Counted from the stretch's first letter, positions 24,616 to 33,529 are shown. The stretch is 34,068 nt of DNA from an uncultured Muribaculaceae bacterium (GCA_964655835.1 CAZZNR010000001.1:1-34068), one strand, 5' to 3'. Numbers and translations: made by a program. Notes: generated from the sequence alone by a model not told the origin.

Positions 24616-25195
24616 CTTGCTTAAAGTTTATTAAGACACTTAAGACCGCTTGAGCTTGAGCTATGGTTGCATCGGTATCGGCCTCATTATCCATGGTTTC
24701 AGTTAAGGAATCTTCCCAAGTAATATAAATTCTAATTGTTTTAGTACGTTCTACTTCTGATAATAAGATTGTATTAGTAATATTGGTTAAACCCCCACTT
24801 ACGGGTACTATCGTTCCACCATCGATTGAATAACCCGTAACTATTAAATCAGTTACACCACTACTTTCGGGAATAGAAGTAACTATTGTATATTCAAAAG
24901 ATGTATCAACATTAGAATAATCTAAAACTAAATCAAAATAGCCAACTGACTGGGGAGCAAAAACTCCCTCTTTTACATGGTCGCTACTGATGGTTGAAGG
25001 AGTTATAGCATTAGTTATATATGAATTATCTATTATATCTTGGTTATTAATTGATATTTGCCATCTAGCAATCGATAAAGAAGCATCTCCTTGTGCAGCA
25101 GTATTATATTTACTATAGGTATCTTGAACCATACTAACCAAAGCAAAAAGAGATAAAAATGCTAATGCTAGTTTTATGTTATAAAATTTTGGCAT
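24599..25195 (-). CDS. Exported TasA-like protein (paralogue of 6586-7167), monocistronic
   Basis: Signal-like N-terminus ..LVSMVQDTYSKYNT. Motifs as listed for 6586-7167. It has its own promoter candidate. Its 3' end overlaps the convergent 24025-24615 by 17 nt. Confidence 0.65.
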   Translation of the reverse strand: MPKFYNIKLALAFLSLFALVSMVQDTYSKYNTAAQGDASLSIARWQISINNQDIIDNSYITNAITPSTISSDHVKEGVFAPQSVGYFDLVLDYSNVDTSFEYTIVTSIPESSGVTDLIVTGYSIDGGTIVPVSGGLTNITNTILLSEVERTKTIRIYITWEDSLTETMDNEADTDATIAQAQAVLSVLINFKQVTAID

Positions 25196-25211
25196 ATTTA
25201 TCGCTTCTTTC

Positions 25212-25241
25212 TATATAATAATGTTATCATAACCGCGTCAA
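25212..25241 (-). promoter_or_regulatory. Candidate promoter for 24599-25195
   Basis: Minus strand: TTGACG (25241-25236), 18 nt, TATATA (25217-25212), about 17 nt upstream of the ATG. Confidence 0.4.
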
Positions 25242-25292
25242 GTTTCTTGCTTAATTGTCAAATATACAAGCGGTTTACACAAAATTTTACAC

Positions 25293-25321
25293 AAAAAAAA
25301 GATGGGTTATCCATCTTTTTT
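25293..25321. terminator. Rho-independent terminator downstream of hybrid kinase 1 (bidirectional shape)
   Basis: AAAAGATGG (25297-25305), loop GTTAT, CCATCTTTT (25311-25319). It is flanked by an A8 run and a T-run, 10 nt after the kinase stop. Confidence 0.7.
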
Positions 25322-25330
25322 AAATTTCTC

Positions 25331-27193
25331 TTATGAAGTAAAAACCTGATCTATTTTAACTTTTATTTGTTCTTTAGAAAAAGGTTTAGCTATATAATCA
25401 TCAAAACCGAGCTTTTTATATTTTTCTTCTGACCCTGATATGGCATCCGCTGTTAAAGCAATAACTGGAATATTAAAATCATTTATATTCTTTAATCTCT
25501 TTATTGCCTCTTCACCACTCATTACTGGCATCATAATGTCCATTAAAATCAAATCATACTGTCTACCAGATTTAATTATATTAACACATTCCTCCCCATT
25601 ATAACATTCATCTATTTGGCTAAAATCTAAAGGTTCTAAACTTCTTCTTGCAACTTTAATATTTAAATTATTATCATCTACAATCAAGATTTTTTTATTT
25701 TTATAATCAATATTATCTTGATTTACCGCTTTTCTTATCTGATTAGTATTAATTATTTGGGTCTCAGTTAAAGGTTTGGTTAAAACCCCAATTTTCTGTG
25801 GTATTTGTGCTATAAAGATTGATCCTTCGCCATACTTTGACTCAACATTTATTTTGCCCCCCATTAATTCTACTAATTTTTTTGTAATAGCAAGGCCTAA
25901 ACCGGTTCCTTCGGTTGTGGTGTTTTTTTCAGCTTCTAGTCTTTCAAATTTGGTAAATAGTTTATTAATATTATCAGCTTTTATTCCTCGTCCTGTATCT
26001 TTACAAGAAATAATTATTAAACAGGAATTATTTTTATTTATACATCTTACTGATAAATCTATTGTTCCTTTGTCGGTATATTTGATAGCATTAGTTAATA
26101 GATTATTAACAATTTGTTTAACATGCCCTTTATCACCAATTAGTTCATAAGGAATATCTTCAGCTATACTTATTTTTAATTCAACTGGTTTATCGCCTAT
26201 TCTAATTGATAATACCCTTGCTAGAGTCTCAATTTCTTCTTTAAAATTATATGAAGATTCAAATAGTTCCATTTTTTCACTTTCAATTTTGTTAATATCC
26301 ATTATGTTACCAACAATTTCGAGAAGAGTTTGTGATGTTGATACAACATCTTTTAAGTCTTCTTTCATTTCTTCAGGGCAGTTACCTCTTTTTTCCATAT
26401 CATCTGATAAACCAATAATAACATTTAAAGGGGTTCTTATTTCATGAGACATGCTTGATAAAAAATCACTTTTTGCTCTGTTAGCTTTATCGGCATTTTC
26501 TTTAGCAATATTTAACTCGGAAATCATTTTAATATCAGGATTTTCAATGGTATTATACATTATCCAAACTATTAATCCAAATACAGCATTTGATAATAAA
26601 ATTTGAGGATAGATACTTTGGATTATAGCAGTTAAACTTAAAAGTACCAGTAAAACGATAATTGGCAAATAGCCCTTTTTCTTAATATCTTTAATATGAG
26701 TAATTACTAAGATAAGCATTATTATCATATAAATAGCAGTAACTCCAAATACGATATTAACACTTGGCCCCGTAGTATATTTAGCATTTCCGATATCAAC
26801 GAAATTGATTGGAAATAATAATATTAATATTGCACATATGAAATTAATAGTTAAAAATATATAATATGATGATAGATATTTATTGATATTTTCTTGTTCA
26901 CTTTTATTATTATTAAACATGGTAGTAATAAAGGTATAATCAATAAACCTGGATAACCAAATTAACACAATAACTAAAAATATTTTTTGCACTATAGTGC
27001 TTATTGTTGGCATGTTAATTGTAGCAACAATTAGAAGTTCGGTAAACATTGATAAAATAGTTAATAATAATAATCTTTTATAAATTTTATTTTCTACTTT
27101 ATTTATTTTTTTCTTTGTATAAAAAAAGACTGCAGTTATTATCGTATAAATTAAAGCCGAAATGGTTAAAAAGATTGTTCCGCTTGCCGCCAT
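25331..27193 (-). CDS. Hybrid sensor histidine kinase (polytopic N-terminal sensor, HisKA, HATPase_c, C-terminal receiver)
   Basis: H-box SHEIRTPLN, N-box NLLTNAIKYT, G-boxes DTGRGI and GTGLGLAI. Receiver KILIVDDNNLN ... DLILMDIMMP ... ALTADA ... YIAKPF. About 6 hydrophobic spans in the first ~210 aa. The ATG at 27193 (MAASGT..) has TAGGTG 6 nt upstream; the track start at 27202 is GTG. Confidence 0.9.
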   Translation of the reverse strand: MAASGTIFLTISALIYTIITAVFFYTKKKINKVENKIYKRLLLLTILSMFTELLIVATINMPTISTIVQKIFLVIVLIWLSRFIDYTFITTMFNNNKSEQENINKYLSSYYIFLTINFICAILILLFPINFVDIGNAKYTTGPSVNIVFGVTAIYMIIMLILVITHIKDIKKKGYLPIIVLLVLLSLTAIIQSIYPQILLSNAVFGLIVWIMYNTIENPDIKMISELNIAKENADKANRAKSDFLSSMSHEIRTPLNVIIGLSDDMEKRGNCPEEMKEDLKDVVSTSQTLLEIVGNIMDINKIESEKMELFESSYNFKEEIETLARVLSIRIGDKPVELKISIAEDIPYELIGDKGHVKQIVNNLLTNAIKYTDKGTIDLSVRCINKNNSCLIIISCKDTGRGIKADNINKLFTKFERLEAEKNTTTEGTGLGLAITKKLVELMGGKINVESKYGEGSIFIAQIPQKIGVLTKPLTETQIINTNQIRKAVNQDNIDYKNKKILIVDDNNLNIKVARRSLEPLDFSQIDECYNGEECVNIIKSGRQYDLILMDIMMPVMSGEEAIKRLKNINDFNIPVIALTADAISGSEEKYKKLGFDDYIAKPFSKEQIKVKIDQVFTS

Positions 27194-27324
27194 GTAATAC
27201 ACCTACTATTCAAATAATATTATAACATATAAAAACCATATACATGGCACTTTTATTTAATTAATTTATCTTTAAAAAGATATTACTCAGTTTACAATAA
27301 ATGAATCAATGCGAGCCTACATAA

Positions 27325-27353
27325 TTGTTTTTTAGGCAAATATATGCTACAAT
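27325..27353 (+). promoter_or_regulatory. Candidate promoter for 27388-29544
   Basis: TTGTTT (27325-27330), 17 nt, TACAAT (27348-27353), with extended -10 TG. RBS AAGGAGAGGG lies before the ATG. Confidence 0.5.
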
Positions 27354-27387
27354 AATCCCAAATTAACTAAGGAGAGGGATAACGAAA

Positions 27388-29295
27388 ATGGAAGAAAAGG
27401 AAAAAATTAAAGAAATTAAAGAAAAACTTGAAAGACACGACTATACAATTAATAATCAAGAAGTTTATAAACAAAAAGAAAAAGAACTTTTAAAAAGATT
27501 TAATGAAATTCTTGAGGCCGAAAAATATGATCGAAAACTTACTACTCGTATCAATGCCATAAAAGAAATTTTTCAAAATAAACTAGGCGATGAATTTAAT
27601 AACGGTCTAATTCGTTTAAATAATAAATTCAAAGCAGTCGAAGGTTTTTTTAAAGTTCAACAATTAATGAAAGAGAATGAAGAAAAACTTCTAGAAGCTC
27701 AAAAAGAATTTGAAAAAGTTAAAAATGATGATTCCTTAAATGTTTCCTATAAATCGGGCTTATTATATAAATATGGTGTAAAAATAAATGAATATACATC
27801 TGAAAAAGAAGAATTGGAAGCAGATTTTACTAAAGCAAGAGGGATAATAAAAGGTAATTTCATATCAAATGATATAAACCAAGTAAAAGAAGAATTGAAA
27901 AAAAGTGTTGTTGATTTTAATGACTTATGTAAAGGTTTAAACCTAGATTATGAACAATGGCAAGTTTTATATGAGCATAACAATAAAATGTTAAATGATG
28001 TTGATTATTTTTGGAATTATGAAAACAATAAAAAAGCTTATGAAGATTTATGTAATCAATATGGAATAATTAAAAATTCAAATCAAAAAGATAAAGAAAT
28101 GAAAATTCCAACTGGTACTGACAATCCTGAGGATAATCCTAATGAAGATGCAAAAAAGGAAAACGAAGAACAAAATGATGTAAGTTTACCAAATGCTGAA
28201 CAACCAAATGAACATCAAGTATTAAAGAATGAAATTGAAGAATTTCAAAAAAATGCTAAATTACCATTTTCTAGTGAAGATAAAGCAATGCTTCAATCAA
28301 TTAGAGCAAAAGTATTAGATGAAAATAGACCGCTAACAAATAGCGAAAGAACTGATTTGATTAATACAATAAACTATTTAGATTATGAAAATGGCAAAAC
28401 CAAACCTGAATCTAATGCTGGATATAATGATATGCAACAAGATGTTCCTAGCCAGACCCAAGATGGCGGGCCAATTAAGGTTGTATCAAGAAATGTTTGG
28501 AAATGGGTAAAAGAGCACAAAAAAGAAATTTTAATAGCTTTAGGTCTAATTGCTTTAACTATAGCCGTTATAGTAGCATTGCAAGCGCTAATTCCAGCAA
28601 TTACTGCTGCTATTAATGCTTCTCAAGTATCAGCATTAAGTACAGCGATGGTCACTAACGGTAATTTATGGGGCTCGGCAACAGTTGCTGAACAAGTAGC
28701 ATTACATGGAGGAAATACTGCCCTAGCGCCCTTCATCCAATCTTTAACTGGAGCATCTGCTGTTTATACACCAGCTACTGGAGTATGGACGATTGGCGGA
28801 GTAGAATTAGGTCAATTTGCTTCAATAGCAGCTGCTAAAGCTGCAGCCGCTTCAGCAAAAGTAGCAGCATTATCTGCCACAGTAGGAGTAACGAGTATTG
28901 GAGGAATTGGGTTATTAGGAGCAGGTCTATTATCAAAATCTAAAAATCAAAATCAATTTAGTCAAAATAATCAACCTGGCCAAAATAATAATAACTATAA
29001 TGAAACAATACCTGCCCAAGAAGTAGAATCTAGAGATGTTGATAATGATCCAACTAAAGAAGTTCAAGAAACATTTGAAACAATTAATAATAGAATAATA
29101 GCTATCGAGGGTTCAGTTTCAAAACCACTAGATCAAGATGATATTAAAGAACTTGAAGCATTGAAAGAAATAATAATTAATGGCTCTACTTTAAATGACT
29201 TTGAAAGAAATGATTTGCTTAATAGAATAAATTATATCTATTATATAAATAATAACTTAGATAATGACGAACCCGCTAACGAAAGAACTATATAA
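27388..29295 (+). CDS. Coiled-coil membrane protein with an Ala/Gly-rich hydrophobic central region, unknown function
   Basis: About 230 aa of N-terminal heptad-like sequence, then an acidic linker and a TM span ILIALGLIALTIAVIVALQALIPAITAAI. An uncharged A/G/S/T/V-rich segment of about 130 aa ends in IGGIGLLGAGLL, followed by a Q/N-rich stretch. The motif ..(T/D)(N/F)(S)ER(T/N)DL(I/L)N(T/R)INY.. occurs once on each side of the hydrophobic block. Confidence 0.6.
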   Translation: MEEKEKIKEIKEKLERHDYTINNQEVYKQKEKELLKRFNEILEAEKYDRKLTTRINAIKEIFQNKLGDEFNNGLIRLNNKFKAVEGFFKVQQLMKENEEKLLEAQKEFEKVKNDDSLNVSYKSGLLYKYGVKINEYTSEKEELEADFTKARGIIKGNFISNDINQVKEELKKSVVDFNDLCKGLNLDYEQWQVLYEHNNKMLNDVDYFWNYENNKKAYEDLCNQYGIIKNSNQKDKEMKIPTGTDNPEDNPNEDAKKENEEQNDVSLPNAEQPNEHQVLKNEIEEFQKNAKLPFSSEDKAMLQSIRAKVLDENRPLTNSERTDLINTINYLDYENGKTKPESNAGYNDMQQDVPSQTQDGGPIKVVSRNVWKWVKEHKKEILIALGLIALTIAVIVALQALIPAITAAINASQVSALSTAMVTNGNLWGSATVAEQVALHGGNTALAPFIQSLTGASAVYTPATGVWTIGGVELGQFASIAAAKAAAASAKVAALSATVGVTSIGGIGLLGAGLLSKSKNQNQFSQNNQPGQNNNNYNETIPAQEVESRDVDNDPTKEVQETFETINNRIIAIEGSVSKPLDQDDIKELEALKEIIINGSTLNDFERNDLLNRINYIYYINNNLDNDEPANERTI

Positions 29296-29304
29296 GGAGG
29301 AATT

Positions 29305-29544
29305 ATGAAAATAGACGATGTATTAACTTTAGAAAACGGAAAAAAATATTTATTACTTTTAAATTCAAAAATTGGTGAAACAAAATATTTCTTGGCAGTA
29401 TTAGTAGATAATGACGAAATGCCACTTAAAGAATATGAAGTATTAGAACAAATTATTAATAATGGTGAAGAATATGTTCAAATCATTAAAGATCCTATAA
29501 TTTTAGATTCTTTATTAAAAGATTTTCAAGCTCAACAAAGTTAA
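29305..29544 (+). CDS. Small acidic cytoplasmic protein (possibly DUF1292/UPF0473-like)
   Basis: RBS AAGGAGGA. 79 aa. The pattern ..ENGKKYLLL..GETKYFLAVLVDNDE..YEVLE..GEEYVQIIKD.. resembles DUF1292 as I remember it, but this is not verified. Confidence 0.55.
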   Translation: MKIDDVLTLENGKKYLLLLNSKIGETKYFLAVLVDNDEMPLKEYEVLEQIINNGEEYVQIIKDPIILDSLLKDFQAQQS

Positions 29545-29561
29545 TAAATGAAAAACCAAAT

Positions 29562-29588
29562 AAAAACAACCTTTAGGTTGCTTTTTTT
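29562..29588. terminator. Bidirectional Rho-independent terminator between convergent genes
   Basis: CAACCT (29567-29572), TT, AGGTTG (29575-29580). It is flanked by A5 upstream and T7 downstream. The T-run overlaps the stop of 29587-31389. Confidence 0.65.
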
Positions 29589-31389
29589 ATTTTTTAATTA
29601 AAGTTTTAGGAAGATTATCCTTAACAAATTCATTACCTAATTCTTCTAATAATCTAAAGTCTTGTTTATTATTAGTAGTGTATGGTATTTTATCAATTTC
29701 TTTAAAATATGAAGGAATTTCATAATCAGGAAGTTTTTCTTCACAAACTTTTTCAATTTGAGGAAGCAATTCATTAAACTGATTTTTATAATTATTTTCT
29801 ATTTCAATAAAAGCCATTGGAACACTTATTAATTTTTCATCATCAACACCGACAACGATACAATTTTTGACAAAAGGTATTTCTTGAATAACATTCTCAA
29901 TTGTATCAGGACATATTTTAAAGCAATCTTTAATTATGGTTCTTCGGCTTCGACCCTTTGGAGTAATATAACCATCTTCATCAATAATACATAAATCCCC
30001 GGTATGAATCCAATCCTTGCCATCTTCATGTTTTATTTTAATTTTTTCTGTTTCCTCAGGATTATTAGCATATTCCAAAAAAGCGTTATCCGTACATAAA
30101 CATAATTCGCCTAACTCACCTTGATTTAGTTGTTTATTAGTTTCAGGGTCAAATACTTCGGCTTCTATACCATGTAATGGTATCCCAATGCTACCTGGTT
30201 TATTGGCATATCTTGGTGAAACAACGGCCGCTCCAACTACTTCATTATTACCATAACCATTTATAATGACACGATCAAAAGTAGTTTGCATTTCAGTGAT
30301 TTCTTCAGCTGTCATTTTGTCTCCGCCGGACAACAATACATCAGTTCTTTTTAAACCTTTTAATACTCTTTCAAGTTCAATTAATACTTTTTTTAGTTCC
30401 ATTTTAGATTTACTATCTTTTTTTGGGATTAATTCTGTAACTTGAGAACTTAATTCTTTTATTTGGGTATAGATATAGCGATAATGAAGAGGTGCTCCAA
30501 AAGGAATATCAAACTTACCTAAATCATCATAAACCGTATTTTCCGCAACAAACGGAGTCATTTCGGCTTTCATCTCAAGAGCTAATGATGTGTAGATTGT
30601 ATTACATAAACCATAAATAATAAAAGGTGGTACAGCAACATAAACAGTTTTTCCTTTATAGAAAGGTAAATCAGTATAAGCTAGTTTTTGGACTGCTGAA
30701 TTAAAATTATAATCAGTATGTACAATTGACTTAGGAGTCCCTGTACTACCACTTGATTGGATTACTAAGGTAGGTTTATCTTTTTCAAAAGAAGCTGGTA
30801 TTATTTCACTATTTGAATTACCTGAATTCATGAAGTCCATAAAACGACTAAATCTTTTATCTTCAGGAACTTCAATTAATTTACCATTTTGTTTATCTTT
30901 CAAATTAGCTAGTAATCTTATTGGAAGTGGCAAATAATCTTTAGGTGAACTAAGTAATACCCGAGTAACAGCAGTTTCATCAACTATTTTTTCAAATAAT
31001 GGTGCTAATTCTTCAAATATAACTACTGTTTTGCAGTTACTTTCATTGATGTTTTTAATTATCTCATTACCTTTAGATCTTAGATCAATCCATTTGGATG
31101 TTGCCCCAATTTTATTTAACGCTAATAAATTTTGTTGAACAGCTGGTGTACTTATTGTACATATTGCTACTGTATCGCCATCTTTAATACCAGCTTTAAT
31201 ATAAGCATCTGCTAGTTTATCAACTTCATTTAAAAGTTCTCTATAAGTTTTGTTATAACCTAAAAACCCAATAGCTTGACCATTTAAGTTATATTTGTTC
31301 TCGTTTTTAACTAAAGAATATAAAGTTTGATTTAAATTAAGTTGTTTTATTGGTGATTGACGATGATATTTTGAACTAATATTATTCAT
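29587..31389 (-). CDS. AMP-forming acyl-CoA synthetase/ligase (ANL superfamily)
   Basis: Motifs QSSGSTGTPKS (A3), NGYGNNE (A5), WIHTGDL (A7), PKGRSRRTIIK (A8), and a C-terminal Lys region. The ATG at 31389 (MNNISSKY..) has an AGGGGGAA RBS; the track start at 31437 lies upstream of that RBS. Confidence 0.85.
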   Translation of the reverse strand: MNNISSKYHRQSPIKQLNLNQTLYSLVKNENKYNLNGQAIGFLGYNKTYRELLNEVDKLADAYIKAGIKDGDTVAICTISTPAVQQNLLALNKIGATSKWIDLRSKGNEIIKNINESNCKTVVIFEELAPLFEKIVDETAVTRVLLSSPKDYLPLPIRLLANLKDKQNGKLIEVPEDKRFSRFMDFMNSGNSNSEIIPASFEKDKPTLVIQSSGSTGTPKSIVHTDYNFNSAVQKLAYTDLPFYKGKTVYVAVPPFIIYGLCNTIYTSLALEMKAEMTPFVAENTVYDDLGKFDIPFGAPLHYRYIYTQIKELSSQVTELIPKKDSKSKMELKKVLIELERVLKGLKRTDVLLSGGDKMTAEEITEMQTTFDRVIINGYGNNEVVGAAVVSPRYANKPGSIGIPLHGIEAEVFDPETNKQLNQGELGELCLCTDNAFLEYANNPEETEKIKIKHEDGKDWIHTGDLCIIDEDGYITPKGRSRRTIIKDCFKICPDTIENVIQEIPFVKNCIVVGVDDEKLISVPMAFIEIENNYKNQFNELLPQIEKVCEEKLPDYEIPSYFKEIDKIPYTTNNKQDFRLLEELGNEFVKDNLPKTLIKK

Positions 31390-31420
31390 AATATTCCCCC
31401 TAAAAAAAAAATATGGTTTA

Positions 31421-31429
31421 ATTATAGCA
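31421..31429 (-). promoter_or_regulatory. Extended -10 element (TGCTATAAT) upstream of the acyl-CoA ligase gene
   Basis: The minus strand reads ATGCTATAAT. No convincing -35 was found. It lies between a terminator-like hairpin and the RBS. Confidence 0.3.
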
Positions 31430-31467
31430 TATATCATATAAAAAGCAATCTTTTATTTATTAAATAT

Positions 31468-31494
31468 AAAAGAGTGTATTTCAAACGCTCTTTT
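31468..31494 (-). terminator. Weak terminator-like hairpin downstream of hybrid kinase 2
   Basis: AAAAGAGTG (31468-31476) / CGCTCTTTT (31486-31494) with a 9-nt loop. There is one mismatch on the minus-strand RNA and the following T-run is interrupted. Confidence 0.35.
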
Positions 31495-31585
31495 CTTTAT
31501 TGTAATCTCAACTGCACCACTTTGTGTTTATTTAAATAATATCATATTTTTTATGTTAATTCTTATTTTTTTTAATTTATTTTTG

Positions 31586-33529
31586 TTATTTTTTTACATT
31601 ATTAGAATCAGTAATTATATAAATTGGTACGTCTTTCCATTTATCTATTTCTGATTTTTTTTCAACATCATTAATTAAAGCATCTGACTTTATAAAAATT
31701 TTATCAACTTTAACTTTGATTTGATCTTTACTAAATGGTTTAGCAATATAATCAACAAAGCCCATATTTTTATATTTTTCTTCTGCTCCAGCAACTGCAT
31801 CAGCTGTTAAAGCTATAATCGGAGTATTAAAATCATTTAGTTTCTTTAACTCTTCAATAGCTGTTTCACCACTCATTAGCGGCATCATAATATCCATTAA
31901 TATTAAATCATATGGTTTTCCTGATTTAATTAAATCAAGACATTCCGCGCCATTATAACATTCTTCAATTACTCCAAATGAAAGGGGTTCTAAACTTCTT
32001 CGAGCTACTTTTATATTTAATTCATTATCATCAACAATTAATATTCTTTTATTAGTATAATCAATATTTTTTCTATTACTAGCATTAATTATTTCAATAG
32101 TATCAAGCATTTGCTTTTCAGTTAATGGTCTTGCTAAAGAACCTATTTTTTGAGGAATTTGCACCATAAATATTGATCCTTGACCTAATTTTGATTCAAC
32201 ATTAATTTTTCCGCCCATTAATTCAACTAATTTTTTAGTAATAGCAAGCCCTAACCCAGTACCTTCAGTAGTAGTATTTTTTTCAGCTTCTAATCTTTCA
32301 AATTTAGTAAAAAGTTTATTTATATTTTCTGCCTTAATACCTCTACCAGTATCTTTGCATGAAATTATTAAAAGACAATTATTAGCTTTGTTTATACATC
32401 TCACTGAAAAATCAATCATCCCTTTATCAGTATATTTAATCGCATTTGATAAAAGATTATTTATAATTTGTTTAACATGTCCTTTATCTCCAATTAATTC
32501 GTAGGGAATATCTTCAGCTATATTTACTTTTAGTTCAACTGGTTTATCACCAATTCTTATTGACTGAACTCTAGCTAATGTTTCTATTTCTTCTTTAAAG
32601 TGATAAGGAATTTCCATAATTTCCATTTTATCACTTTCAATTTTACTTATATCCATAATATTACCAACAATTTCAAGAAGCGTTCTTGATGTTGATACAA
32701 CATCCTTTAAATCTTCTTTCATTTCTTCTGGGCAATTACCTCTTGATTCCATATCTTCTGATAATCCAACTATTACATTTAAAGGAGTCCTAATTTCATG
32801 AGACATACTTGATAAAAAATCACTTTTTGCCCTGTTAGCTTTATCGGCATTTTCTTTTGCAATATTTAATTCTGAAATCATTTTAACATCAGGATTTTCG
32901 ATGGTATGATACATTACCAAAAGAGAAAAAGTAAAAAAGAAAGTTTCAAAAATAATATCAGGAAATTCGCTTCTTATTAATAAACCAATAATAAATAAAA
33001 TAATTAAAACAATAAATGGGATATCTTTACTTATCTTTGATCTATTTCTAAAAAATATATAGATGGAAATTATTATAATAAGTGAAAAATAAATCAATAA
33101 AAAAAACATAAATACATTATATGAAATACCAGAGGCATCAAGAATATAGCCCTCATTTACTACTTTAATTGGCGTAATTAATATTAATATCCCAGATAAC
33201 AATAATATATTTTTTACTATAAAAATCATACTTTTTTTAATTATATTTTTTAAATTGCATATTTCGAGATTATATAACACTATATAATTAACTAAAACAA
33301 GAATAAAATATAAATATATTTTTTGAGTATAATTTATAATATCTGGATTCCCAAAATTTTTTGAATAAATATATATGATTATTGCATACACTGAAAATAA
33401 TAAATTAATTATTAATAATTTAGAATATATCTTGGTTTCAAAATTATCAATTCTTTTTTTACTAAAAAATTGGATTACTAAAAGAATAGCAATTAAGCAT
33501 GAAGCAAATGTTAATAATAGACTATTCAT
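31586..33529 (-). CDS. Hybrid sensor histidine kinase, paralogue of 25331-27193
   Basis: Same H, N, G and receiver motifs. From YHTIENPDVKMISELNIAKENADKANRAKSDFL onward it is nearly identical to kinase 1. It has an extra ~35-aa C-terminal tail. The ATG at 33529 (MNSLLL..) has GGAG 8 nt upstream, and the track ATG at 33553 overlaps the candidate -10. Confidence 0.9.
   Translation of the reverse strand: MNSLLLTFASCLIAILLVIQFFSKKRIDNFETKIYSKLLIINLLFSVYAIIIYIYSKNFGNPDIINYTQKIYLYFILVLVNYIVLYNLEICNLKNIIKKSMIFIVKNILLLSGILILITPIKVVNEGYILDASGISYNVFMFFLLIYFSLIIIISIYIFFRNRSKISKDIPFIVLIILFIIGLLIRSEFPDIIFETFFFTFSLLVMYHTIENPDVKMISELNIAKENADKANRAKSDFLSSMSHEIRTPLNVIVGLSEDMESRGNCPEEMKEDLKDVVSTSRTLLEIVGNIMDISKIESDKMEIMEIPYHFKEEIETLARVQSIRIGDKPVELKVNIAEDIPYELIGDKGHVKQIINNLLSNAIKYTDKGMIDFSVRCINKANNCLLIISCKDTGRGIKAENINKLFTKFERLEAEKNTTTEGTGLGLAITKKLVELMGGKINVESKLGQGSIFMVQIPQKIGSLARPLTEKQMLDTIEIINASNRKNIDYTNKRILIVDDNELNIKVARRSLEPLSFGVIEECYNGAECLDLIKSGKPYDLILMDIMMPLMSGETAIEELKKLNDFNTPIIALTADAVAGAEEKYKNMGFVDYIAKPFSKDQIKVKVDKIFIKSDALINDVEKKSEIDKWKDVPIYIITDSNNVKK

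Noticed and set aside
1-25195. Sortase-dependent Gram-positive pilus or type IV pilus locus
   Set aside because: No sortase gene and no LPXTG-like C-terminal signals are present. No prepilin peptidase, class III (G/FTLIE-type) signal peptides or PilB/PilT-type ATPase are present either. The N-termini fit the SipW-cognate type instead.
22948-26150. Track ORFs 22948-23157(-), 24012-24230(-), 24391-24573(-), 25776-26150(+)
   Set aside because: These are shadows antisense to well-supported genes (the McrC-like gene, the peptidase/TasA-like genes and the histidine kinase). The 124-aa ORF inside the kinase is the typical reverse-strand artefact.
27267-27282. 7-2-7 inverted repeat TATCTTT-AA-AAAGATA in the kinase 1 / 27388 divergent region
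   Set aside because: It is short, nearly pure A/T and not positioned over either candidate promoter. It is likely chance.
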